The notes: generated from the sequence alone by a model not told the origin. Shown: positions 9,654 to 17,136, counted from the first letter of the stretch. The stretch is 26,340 nt of DNA from a virus (IMGVR_UViG_3300032272_000062:1-26340); one strand, 5' to 3'. A program made the numbers and translations.

Positions 9654-10472
9654 CTATGTTTCAGTACAATCGACTTGAACAATACCAGCACCTTCGATGG
9701 TGATAGCACCTAATGACATTCTGGCTCTCACCAGCGTGGCATCACGTTCGTCAATAAATGGTGTTGCGATGTCGATCTCTTTGTTGATCCCCATTCCGAT
9801 AGCGTCTTCGTGTACCAAGAAGCAAGACCTGGTAGTGGACGCCAGAGGTAGGCCGTTGAAAGCTATCCAATTGACTCCCATCCAGCTGAACTTGGTAACG
9901 CCTGTAGCGTGAGGTTTGAAGTTGTTGAAATCAAACGACGTGAACTCAGGCATCGTATCACGCATATTCCGCAGCTGCTCCATACCTATGATGAATGTAC
10001 GGCCACTGGCAGGTACATTAGCTTCATCAAGTGTTTGAAGTGCTGTGTAAATCTTCGGAAGCGTCAGACCAGCTGCACCTGCGGCAACAGTAGTACCTGC
10101 ACCGGAGTCCAACTCGGTTACGTATGTGAGGTCATACCTTCGACCCATCGCCATACCCATACTCTTGGCATACTGACTACGGTAGTCTACATTGGTCTTC
10201 AGAAGATCGAGATCATCTACGTATTCACCAGAGTAGTAATCCTTCATCACGGCTTTGACCGTGGTGTGTGCGATGTCTTGCGTAGGAATGAGTGCGTGGC
10301 GACCTTTAGTGGTGGCTACAGATGTTCCCATCTTTTTGAAGACTGCTTCAGACGCGCCTACAACGGCGACTTCACGGGATATCCCGCGTAACTGTGGACC
10401 CATGAGCTGGTAAGAATGTTTTACCTCTGCTCTAAACTGGGTATTAAAATGGTTTGGTGCTGTAATGGACAT
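9654..10472 (-). CDS. Major capsid protein (BPP-1 Bbp17-like family)
   Basis: MSIT....F..QF..EVKH.YQ..G..LR N-terminus, VDDLDLLKTN.D.RS.Y....AMGR..D, and MSLGA..IE..GIVQV.C.E C-terminus. Downstream of the scaffold, with an AAGGGAG SD. Confidence 0.9.
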   Translation of the reverse strand: MSITAPNHFNTQFRAEVKHSYQLMGPQLRGISREVAVVGASEAVFKKMGTSVATTKGRHALIPTQDIAHTTVKAVMKDYYSGEYVDDLDLLKTNVDYRSQYAKSMGMAMGRRYDLTYVTELDSGAGTTVAAGAAGLTLPKIYTALQTLDEANVPASGRTFIIGMEQLRNMRDTMPEFTSFDFNNFKPHATGVTKFSWMGVNWIAFNGLPLASTTRSCFLVHEDAIGMGINKEIDIATPFIDERDATLVRARMSLGAITIEGAGIVQVDCTET

Positions 10473-10516
10473 TATAGTCTCCCTTGAAATTTAGTTGTGT
10501 TGTACTTCGCTATTTT

Positions 10517-10568
10517 TCAGGGTGTCCATACGGGCCTGATTGGACGACGGGCCTTGCGGGTGTCCGTC
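10517..10568 (-). ncRNA. Structured 5' leader of the capsid mRNA: two hairpins with the same asymmetric internal loop
   Basis: Minus strand GACGG-ACAC-CC-GCAA-GG-C-CCGUC (10568-10546) and UCAGG-C-CC-GUAU-GG-ACAC-CCUGA (10539-10517). Confidence 0.6.
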
Positions 10569-10575
10569 AAATTAC

Positions 10576-10604
10576 AGTCTACTACTTCTTCAACCTGTTG
10601 TCAA
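10576..10604 (-). promoter_or_regulatory. Sigma70-type promoter for the major capsid gene
   Basis: Minus strand TTGACA (10604-10599), 17-bp spacer, TAGACT (10581-10576). The predicted start falls at the first leader hairpin. Confidence 0.65.
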
Positions 10605-11431
10605 ACGTATCTCTGCGTGTTCCTGGCAGCTTCCTTCTGAGCCTCAAATTTATTTATAAGCTTCTCAAGCTCTTTGTGCGCTGACTCTTCGTTGTTCTGG
10701 TACGCATCCGACGCTACAACTTTATCAATCATATCCTCAGTAACTACGCTGGCTGACGATTCGTGTCCTTCAAAGACTCTACCACGCGCTGCGTCGGCTC
10801 TCATAAGGTTCTCAAGAGCTAAAACGCCTGGGGCATCCACCATCAGCTTCCTGACAATACTTTCATCCCCACCCATCTTCTCCATCGCATACGCAGATAC
10901 TTGGCGCAGGCGCTGCTTGAATGAGTCATCAGATACAGAGTTCCATTTAGTCTTCAGCTTCTCAGTCTCAAGGTCTATCCTTGCCTCAACTACTGCATCC
11001 AGTCCTCCGAATTTTAGGTACGTGTCCATAACAGTCTTCACCTGATCGTTGGTCAGACCCTGCTCTTTGAACTGCGTAAACACCTCGTCAGGTATCTCTA
11101 CGCCCTCCGGTATGTCTACTTCGTATTCATCAGGCGCTCCAGGTACTTTACCAGAGTACGCTTTCTCAAGCTCTCCGTGACCTTTCATAAACTTCTCAAG
11201 TGAAGCTTCCATATTCCCCTCCACCCAGTACTTCTCAGGGAATGTCTCAGGTCGCTCTTTCAGTGTAAACGGTGCAGGGGCTTCCTCTTCTGTCTCACCT
11301 GTAGGCTCCACAACAGTACCATCGCTGGCGGGTGTTTCTTGGTACAACGTTTCAGGCGCTGCTGGTGTTTCCACTACAGGCTCTACTGGCGTCTCTACTA
11401 CAGGTTCCTCAATTATTGTTGCATCAGGCAT
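10601..11431 (-). CDS. Capsid assembly scaffolding protein
   Basis: Acidic Pro/Glu-rich N-terminus; motifs RPE.FPEKYW, APDEYE, F...GLT..Q and LK.KW; lies between portal and capsid. Confidence 0.8.
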   Translation of the reverse strand: MPDATIIEEPVVETPVEPVVETPAAPETLYQETPASDGTVVEPTGETEEEAPAPFTLKERPETFPEKYWVEGNMEASLEKFMKGHGELEKAYSGKVPGAPDEYEVDIPEGVEIPDEVFTQFKEQGLTNDQVKTVMDTYLKFGGLDAVVEARIDLETEKLKTKWNSVSDDSFKQRLRQVSAYAMEKMGGDESIVRKLMVDAPGVLALENLMRADAARGRVFEGHESSASVVTEDMIDKVVASDAYQNNEESAHKELEKLINKFEAQKEAARNTQRYV

Positions 11432-11696
11432 CTAAAACTCCTTCAGGCTTTTGTTGGCCCAATGTGAATAGTATTGTGCGAGCCAGCTTACGCTGACCCT
11501 CTAAATTATCTTGTGTTTTTTGGTCTACCCCTGGGGACCACGTAGCTGCGAGCAGTGTACCTACCAGGTACTCTTTCAGCATCTCGCCGTCCTGTGTACT
11601 GAACAGTCGCTTGACTGCTCCGCTGTACTTATTCAGATTCTTATCCGAATGGTCCTGGGATGTCGGGCTCTTGGAACCCTGATTCTTGTCCGGCAT
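11424..11696 (-). CDS. Bbp19-like small phage protein
   Basis: Start moved to ATG 11696 (AAGGAGG SD). Motifs LFST.DG..L..YL and EGQR.L...I match the conserved small gene between portal and scaffold. Confidence 0.7.
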   Translation of the reverse strand: MPDKNQGSKSPTSQDHSDKNLNKYSGAVKRLFSTQDGEMLKEYLVGTLLAATWSPGVDQKTQDNLEGQRKLARTILFTLGQQKPEGVLDA

Positions 11697-13269
11697 TTTG
11701 CAATCCTCCTTGCATTTCACCTGTTAGATTCTGTGTTTCTTCTACTACTGTCTCGATCTGCTTCTTCACTTCTGCTTCGCTATTGATGACATCTCTGTCG
11801 ATCTGCGTCAATTCAGCTAGCTTACGCGCTATCTTGGCCTTGTTAGGCACCATAGCACTCGCCATATCCTGACCAGCGAACTCAGTTACGAGTGTTACCC
11901 ATTGTATCAAAGCCTCACTTTCCTGCAATCTCTGCGCCTGGGCCAATGACGACAAGAACACTACGTCCGTGTTCACGAAGTCAAGATTGATTGATTTGTC
12001 TATCTCACCTTGGTCCTGAAGTATCTTGACAGTCTTCTTCACGATAGGCATCAGATACTCCACCTGGAGCCTTCCATACGCTGTACCGAGCCTCTGAGCG
12101 ATCAGTTTGGCTTTCATCAATACCTCAGTGGCTGTCAGCTTCGATCCCTGCGCAGGGCTGAACTGGTCCAGGAAGAACATCCTGTCGATGTCTCCACGCA
12201 TTGTATTGATCTCAAACTGCGCCAGCTCTACACTAGACCCCGAAGGTAAAGGACTCAAAGTAGGATTGGCTACGTCATTAGACAGCACAGGGATAATGGC
12301 ACCTGGCTCAAGCACAACAGTGCGAGGGTCAAACACTCCATCGTCTACGCCAGTGAATACACCGGCCATCTGCAGAGCTGCGTTCTTCAACGCTACACCA
12401 CGTATCGCGTTCAGATATCGTACGTCTGGATACGCGAACAGTCCTGGGCCTACACCGTACTGTGAGTGATGCGGCCTGTCGAACCTGAAGACGTTGTAGT
12501 TGTTGATGTCCATCTCTTTGTCTTCAAGCAGTATCCCACCTTCAGACCCTTCAGCCGTAATCATTACGTGCTTGAACTTTGAGTCAGGGTCGATGTCGTC
12601 AGTGGGTACAGTTATCACCCACACACTCAAACGATCATCTGGCTTGTTTTCTAATAGGTCCAAGTAGCCTTTGTCGGTTACAGAGTCGATCGAGCCTGTA
12701 CCTTCTGGCCCGTATTTTGCTAGTATCTCTCTGGCAGGTATCTTCTTCTTGTCAAATATATAGTCAACCTGACCTGAAGACCTGTCATCAAATGTCATAG
12801 ACTCCATAGGCACAGCCTTGAACTGTATCCCACTACCGTTCTCATTGGGCTGCACCACCAGTACACCTGTGCCGATGGCGTAGTCCTGCATAGCTATCGG
12901 AGCTTCTTGGTAGTAATTCGAAGTATTGAAGTGGAAGAACAGCTTCTCATTCGCCTCTTTCAACTCATCAAGACGCGCTTCACGCTCCTCACCTTTGAAC
13001 TCTGGGCCAGGTGATAGTACCGCCCAAGGCATCCACGCTGGCGTAGTGCCTGCAAGTATGAATGACGCAAATGACGCAAGCCCTGTCATACCAGTAGAGT
13101 CGTTGATGTGTCTGAACATAGGCTCGTTGCCTACGATATCCTTACGCTGTCTGTGAGGGGCTTCGTATCTCCATACATCATCCCAAGCTTCTTGCCACTG
13201 TGTATCCCTCTCAATCTCAAGCCTTTGGGCTCGGTCTAGTAGGGTTTTATTCTCATCACTAAGTGGCAT
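11641..13269 (-). CDS. Portal protein (head-to-tail connector, T7 gp8-like)
   Basis: DSTG....FAS.I..G.TP...PW, SNYY, D....GTG, YG.GPG..A.PDV..LN, TATEV and GRLQ.EYL.P motifs. ATG 13269 overlaps the upstream stop and has an AAGGAG SD. Confidence 0.93.
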   Translation of the reverse strand: MPLSDENKTLLDRAQRLEIERDTQWQEAWDDVWRYEAPHRQRKDIVGNEPMFRHINDSTGMTGLASFASFILAGTTPAWMPWAVLSPGPEFKGEEREARLDELKEANEKLFFHFNTSNYYQEAPIAMQDYAIGTGVLVVQPNENGSGIQFKAVPMESMTFDDRSSGQVDYIFDKKKIPAREILAKYGPEGTGSIDSVTDKGYLDLLENKPDDRLSVWVITVPTDDIDPDSKFKHVMITAEGSEGGILLEDKEMDINNYNVFRFDRPHHSQYGVGPGLFAYPDVRYLNAIRGVALKNAALQMAGVFTGVDDGVFDPRTVVLEPGAIIPVLSNDVANPTLSPLPSGSSVELAQFEINTMRGDIDRMFFLDQFSPAQGSKLTATEVLMKAKLIAQRLGTAYGRLQVEYLMPIVKKTVKILQDQGEIDKSINLDFVNTDVVFLSSLAQAQRLQESEALIQWVTLVTEFAGQDMASAMVPNKAKIARKLAELTQIDRDVINSEAEVKKQIETVVEETQNLTGEMQGGLQNAGQESGFQEPDIPGPFG

Positions 13270-13736
13270 CAAAACTCTCCTTTATGAGACAATTTACTTT
13301 TATATAGGCTTGTGCGCTTGACTTTCTTGTTGTTCCGGTATATGTCATTCACAAGATTTACACCCTCAAGACCCATTATCTTTGTGTCTGCGAATGTCTT
13401 AGCTGCACCAGCTTTCTTGTTTATTAGGTCATCAGCCACGCCTTTGGCCGTGAGTGGTGCAGGCTGCTTCGCGCTTATCGCAGCTTCGACATCCGCGTTC
13501 TTCGCTGCTGCTTCACGATGAGCAGCTATGCGAGCGCGGTCTTCTGCTTGTGAGCCTCCAAGGATATCGAAGAAGCTTCGCTGTGATTGAAGCTTGGCAC
13601 CAGCTGAGAACAGTGTCGCCTGTTTAGCTGTGCGCCTTTCTTCCTGTGAGCTTATAGTGTCGCTAATCAACTCCGCCGCAGGCGCAGTGCGCGTAGGATT
13701 CAGTAAATCATTGAAACTCTTTGACGCTCCACCCAT
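13269..13736 (-). CDS. Hypothetical virion-associated protein upstream of the portal
   Basis: Likely start MGGASK at 13736. Ala/Lys-rich with a basic C-terminus, coupled to the portal start. Confidence 0.6.
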   Translation of the reverse strand: MGGASKSFNDLLNPTRTAPAAELISDTISSQEERRTAKQATLFSAGAKLQSQRSFFDILGGSQAEDRARIAAHREAAAKNADVEAAISAKQPAPLTAKGVADDLINKKAGAAKTFADTKIMGLEGVNLVNDIYRNNKKVKRTSLYKSKLSHKGEF

Positions 13737-14091
13737 CTTTCCGTATCCTTCGCAGCAGTCCTTTAGGGGTCTGTACAAAAATTGAATTTATACCGATCAG
13801 TCGCTTAACAAAGTTCACACAGGTAAACGGCTCCATTAGATGATAGGATACCATATCCTCCTTCAACGGTAAAGCCGCAGCTAACTGCGTAGGCAGTCTG
13901 TACTCTACCCCAGGGTCCACCACGCACGTCCTGATCCCCATAGTGTAAGACTCTGCGTACACAGCGATCTCATCTCTATATATCACAGCAGCAACGTGCC
14001 ACTTGAACAGCCACGCCCACCACCCTTCGTAGGGTACCCACATAATGACTACGTGAGGCGATATGGGTTGAAATCTGTCTTTAGTCTCCAA
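13708..14091 (-). CDS. Hypothetical protein, possible permuted NlpC/P60 (papain-like) fold
   Basis: His (WHVAAV) precedes Cys (FTCVNFVKR), with a C-terminal TPxxL. Located between terL and portal. Start codon uncertain. Confidence 0.5.
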   Translation of the reverse strand: METKDRFQPISPHVVIMWVPYEGWWAWLFKWHVAAVIYRDEIAVYAESYTMGIRTCVVDPGVEYRLPTQLAAALPLKEDMVSYHLMEPFTCVNFVKRLIGINSIFVQTPKGLLRRIRKDGWSVKEFQ

Positions 14092-15641
14092 TCTGCCCCC
14101 TTCGCTGTACGTTTTTTGAATGCTCTCTTGGCACCACCTGTCACAGCAGTCCCATCAAAGTCTACTATCAAATACTGCCCACCGTCACAGATGTGCGAGT
14201 ACATATTCTTATCTGCTCTCTTCTCGTACTGTTCCTCTTTGGTCTTCATCCTGCGCCATTTGTACCCCCCTGCCAGCGCTTTCCGAAACATCTTCACTCT
14301 AGGGTCCAACAGCATCCCAGGCTGCCCGTCCTGCGTATTCATTATCATCGCTGACCTAACAGCCTCAATTCTCTTCATAGGGTCTTGAACCCTCGACGGA
14401 CGTATGTTTATCCCCATACCCCTAAGTATCTCCATCGCAGTCTTCCCATCAGATTCGTTCCGCTTATTCGCAGACGGATCGCCTATCCCTATGTGGTCCC
14501 ATCCACCCCATCCCTGGGCCACCAAGAAGTCAAGTATCAACGGCCCGAACTGCAGCGCACCCATCTTCCTCGGAGCCAATAACTCCGCAAGTATTCTCCA
14601 CTGCCCGTTCTTCGTCCTCTGTCCAAACAGACAGCAAGGGTCCAGACCGAAGTCCATCCCGAACGCCAAAGGTAACGATGGATCAGCATCCAGCGCAACG
14701 CCTGAGACGTGCCACCTGGGATTGAAGTTCTCCGCGAACACCGGCAGGCCATCACTAAGAAAGCCCTTCTTCCCGTGAACGTGTACATCGACCCATCCGG
14801 AATCTCTCCCGTCCTTCTTCGCAGTCGCGAGCATATCAATGTAATACCCACGTCCTCCAGGTAGATTCGGAATATTCTCAGCATCCCTATCAAGACCCCC
14901 AGGCTGCTCAAACAAAGTTATCTTAGGTGGATCTTTCCCGTGAAGCTTCGCCAGTGCAAGTATCTCAGGATCTTGAGCCCCATCGAAATACTTATCGTAC
15001 TGCGAGCCTTCGTCGAAGGGATTGGAATCAGCCCACAAGCCTTTCCACGTAGTCTTATCCCCACCTGGAAATCTCCCGAGCCTACCCACCATCGCGTTCA
15101 TCAACTGCAAAGGTATCTCTCTGAACTCATTGAACCACGCAAAAGTTGTCTCCAACGACAGCAGCTTCTTCTGCTGGTCTGGCCTGTCCAACGCTCTGAA
15201 CAGTATAGAACAGTGGACCCTGGTCCCATCAGGCAGCTCCAACATCGTAGCTCTGCCGTGAGAGTCAAGTCCCAACTCAAATTTCAAACTCTGCTGAGAC
15301 CAATACATTGTCCCAACTTCGCCATCTGGCATCCAATCTAACAGTGTTTGAATCGTTGTATCCTTCAACTCTCCCGCAGTATTCCGCACAACTATACACT
15401 TTGTACGCCGTACCCCATCTCTATCCGGTGCCTGTCTCTTCGCACGTTCGTATATCTCCATCACGCACGCCACCGATTTCCCGCTGCCGTATGGACCTAT
15501 GCACCCCCGCACCCTGTCATTACTCTTATGGAACCCGTAGAGTGTACGTGATGGTGTGTAGGTCTTTACGTCCCACGACTTGATCTGCTCAGGCAGTTGG
15601 GACTGTATGTACCTGTCCTTCGCGTCGTCAAGAATCGTCAT
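14049..15641 (-). CDS. terL: Terminase large subunit
   Basis: Walker A GPYGSGKS, Walker B FAWFNE, coupling motif DSNP, nuclease motifs FGMDFG, GDPS and SHICDG.QY. Confidence 0.95.
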   Translation of the reverse strand: MTILDDAKDRYIQSQLPEQIKSWDVKTYTPSRTLYGFHKSNDRVRGCIGPYGSGKSVACVMEIYERAKRQAPDRDGVRRTKCIVVRNTAGELKDTTIQTLLDWMPDGEVGTMYWSQQSLKFELGLDSHGRATMLELPDGTRVHCSILFRALDRPDQQKKLLSLETTFAWFNEFREIPLQLMNAMVGRLGRFPGGDKTTWKGLWADSNPFDEGSQYDKYFDGAQDPEILALAKLHGKDPPKITLFEQPGGLDRDAENIPNLPGGRGYYIDMLATAKKDGRDSGWVDVHVHGKKGFLSDGLPVFAENFNPRWHVSGVALDADPSLPLAFGMDFGLDPCCLFGQRTKNGQWRILAELLAPRKMGALQFGPLILDFLVAQGWGGWDHIGIGDPSANKRNESDGKTAMEILRGMGINIRPSRVQDPMKRIEAVRSAMIMNTQDGQPGMLLDPRVKMFRKALAGGYKWRRMKTKEEQYEKRADKNMYSHICDGGQYLIVDFDGTAVTGGAKRAFKKRTAKGADWRLKTDFNPYRLT

Positions 15642-15696
15642 ACTGCAACGCTAGCCAGACGATCATAGTAAGTATAACTATAATAATGTAGACCAT
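15628..15696 (-). CDS. 22-aa single-transmembrane micropeptide MVYIIIVILTMIVWLALQYDDS
   Basis: ATG overlaps the terS stop (TAATG) with GAGG upstream. It fills the terS-terL gap and ends 14 nt inside terL. Too short to appear in the ORF track. Confidence 0.55.
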   Translation of the reverse strand: MVYIIIVILTMIVWLALQYDDS

Positions 15697-16193
15697 TACT
15701 CAAAATCCTCGTAGTCATCAGGTATATCGAACGACGGGGCTGACGTGTTCTTGAAGTTCTTAGTTGTCTCAGCTTCTATTTCGTCCGGCTCCCGCATACT
15801 TGAGTCTATCACAAAGGCTTTGGCACCACCTGACTCCGCAGCCTTTTGCTTACCTAGCCCGCCCAGGTCCATCAACCTGTCCAACGCCTGAAGCTTCATC
15901 GCTGGCGTAGTGGTCCCGTCTCTAATCATATCGTGGAGTATGTGCATATTTGTCTTGACTAACGCCCTGGCTGTGAACTTCAGCGCAAGAGCTTCGTCCT
16001 GCATACTAAACTGGTACTGCCGTACTGTATCCGTAAAGACAGGGAGCCGCTGCAAAGCTTCGTACTCTTTTGGAGTTACGTTATGTTCCTCACACACCTG
16101 CGGAGCTGGCAGTGCGTCCAGTGCAATATCCCACGCGAATGACTGCGTAAAGGGAACCGATGGCATACCAGATGGCTGTGTGTCTTCAGTCAT
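15696..16193 (-). CDS. Probable terminase small subunit
   Basis: First late gene, upstream of terL, GAGGAG SD. HTH-like N-terminus, helical oligomerisation-like segment (KLQALDRLMDLGGLG) and acidic tail. Confidence 0.65.
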   Translation of the reverse strand: MTEDTQPSGMPSVPFTQSFAWDIALDALPAPQVCEEHNVTPKEYEALQRLPVFTDTVRQYQFSMQDEALALKFTARALVKTNMHILHDMIRDGTTTPAMKLQALDRLMDLGGLGKQKAAESGGAKAFVIDSSMREPDEIEAETTKNFKNTSAPSFDIPDDYEDFE

Positions 16194-16210
16194 TTTACTC
16201 CTCAGTAAAA
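16193..16210 (-). promoter_or_regulatory. Hairpin covering the terS ribosome-binding site
   Basis: Minus strand UUUUACU-GAGG-AGUAAAA-UG. The 7-bp stem includes part of the SD and the A of AUG. Confidence 0.45.
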
Positions 16211-16212
16211 GT

Positions 16213-16251
16213 GGGGCTCACCCGCAAAGGACAAACAAAACAGGGAGCCCC
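16213..16251 (-). ncRNA. Late leader hairpin / candidate small antisense RNA with an anti-Shine-Dalgarno loop
   Basis: Minus strand GGGGCUC-CCUG-[UUUUGUUUGUCCUUUG]-CGGG-U-GAGCCCC followed by ACUUUU. The loop is complementary to AAAGGACAA(A) at 17227-17236 and 17665-17673. Confidence 0.5.
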
Positions 16252-16270
16252 GTATTAGATATCTGAGTAT

Positions 16271-16281
16271 ATTGTATCACA
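16271..16281 (-). promoter_or_regulatory. Extended -10 promoter for the late operon
   Basis: Minus strand TGTG-A-TACAAT (TRTGn plus a 5/6 -10 box) about 80 nt upstream of terS. No clear -35. Confidence 0.5.
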
Positions 16282-16447
16282 GGGAATAAATGATTGTTAG
16301 ATGTAGGAATTATGATTCTTATTATGTTACATACTTTGTGGCTGATTTTCTTTGTGACGATGTTGACTTCAGAACAATACATACATCGAACCGGCGGCAC
16401 AGTGTCCGACCACACAAAGTACACAATATCAGAATGTCTCCATTGAA

Positions 16448-16471
16448 TCCAGGTGCCCAGGTGTCCAGGTA
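16448..16471. repeat. Three tandem 8-bp repeats YCCAGGTR
   Basis: TCCAGGTG CCCAGGTG TCCAGGTA. Confidence 0.75.
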
Positions 16472-16529
16472 AATAAGCGTCAAAATCAGTCAAAGGGGGT
16501 ATACACCTAAAACACACAGAAACAGAGCA

Positions 16530-16586
16530 TATAAGAATCAATAAACATGAAGCATAATATAGCAGTATAACAATGTGATTCTTATA
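16530..16586. repeat. 11-bp perfect inverted repeat with a 35-bp spacer
   Basis: TATAAGAATCA (16530-16540) and TGATTCTTATA (16576-16586). A third TGATTCTTAT lies at 16313-16322. Confidence 0.65.
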
Positions 16587-16730
16587 CCAATGACGCAACG
16601 AGTCAATGTAACTTTGTGTACCATTGAGAGGGCTTGGAATATGCCGATGATGCTTTGAATATGGCTACATGACAATTAACAGTAATGTTTGTGGACGTCT
16701 AAGAAAATGCCGCAAAAGTGCGTCATAATA

Positions 16731-16743
16731 TAAACCGTTGATA
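16731..16743. promoter_or_regulatory. IHF consensus site next to an AT-rich tract
   Basis: TAAACCGTTGATA matches YAANNNNTTGATW. It is followed by a nearly pure A/T run at 16741-16782. Confidence 0.45.
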
Positions 16744-16781
16744 TTACTATATTAATACATATATTTATATGTTAAATATAA

Positions 16782-16969
16782 TCTTGTCGATAGGAATATG
16801 CAAAAAAGCATTTTTGAGAGGGCTACGCGAGCCGCGCATACCCCCGGGGGTATATTGAAAATTGAGCCAGATACGAAGCATCAAAGATTCTTACTGCTAA
16901 TCATGAATATGCAAGCTATTCATATAGAAGCTCTGAAATTAGCATATTCGCATATTCCTATCGACGAGA
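16782..16969. repeat. 20-bp inverted repeat flanking a 16-bp palindrome (candidate genome end, packaging site or origin)
   Basis: TCTTGTCGATAGGAATATGC (16782-16801) versus GCATATTCCTATCGACGAGA (16950-16969), 19/20 match. Palindrome ATACCCCCGGGGGTAT at 16838-16853. Confidence 0.75.
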
Positions 16970-17123
16970 ACTCAAAACTGACCTGTAAGCCGCATCAATA
17001 CTTACGATAGCTTTTTGGTGTTTTTGCTTGCCGTCCAAACACATAACGCGTAACCGTATTCCACGCCTTTTATTTGCATAATCAAGCGCCTTGCGAAGCA
17101 CTAAGCGTCAATAAGTTATACGC

Positions 17124-17136
17124 TAACCTATTGATT
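17124..17136. promoter_or_regulatory. IHF consensus site upstream of the early promoter
   Basis: TAACCTATTGATT matches YAANNNNTTGATW. Confidence 0.45.

Noticed and set aside
9629-9660. Programmed frameshift or read-through extending the major capsid protein (T7 10B style)
   Set aside because: No slippery heptamer near the stop. An in-frame TAA follows within seven codons and the next gene has its own strong SD.
429-15583. Numerous plus-strand ORFs in the late arm (e.g. 429..953, 1279..1698, 7216..7728, 9909..10391, 14404..14778)
   Set aside because: They are antisense shadows of well-supported minus-strand genes, with Ser-rich low-information translations and no evident RBS.
16218-16598. 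126-aa minus-strand ORF and 60-aa plus-strand ORF (16290..16472) in the control region
   Set aside because: No clear SD, they run through promoter and repeat elements, and the composition is unlike the real genes.
16838-16853. Protelomerase (telRL) site or protein-primed inverted terminal repeat
   Set aside because: The palindrome is only 16 bp and not alternating purine-pyrimidine. No protelomerase or family B protein-primed polymerase is in the window, and a normal terminase is present.
16798-17010. 70-aa plus-strand ORF across the palindrome
   Set aside because: Its start and AGGA lie inside the inverted repeat and upstream of the predicted early promoter. The DNA symmetry explains the sequence better, though translation cannot be fully excluded.
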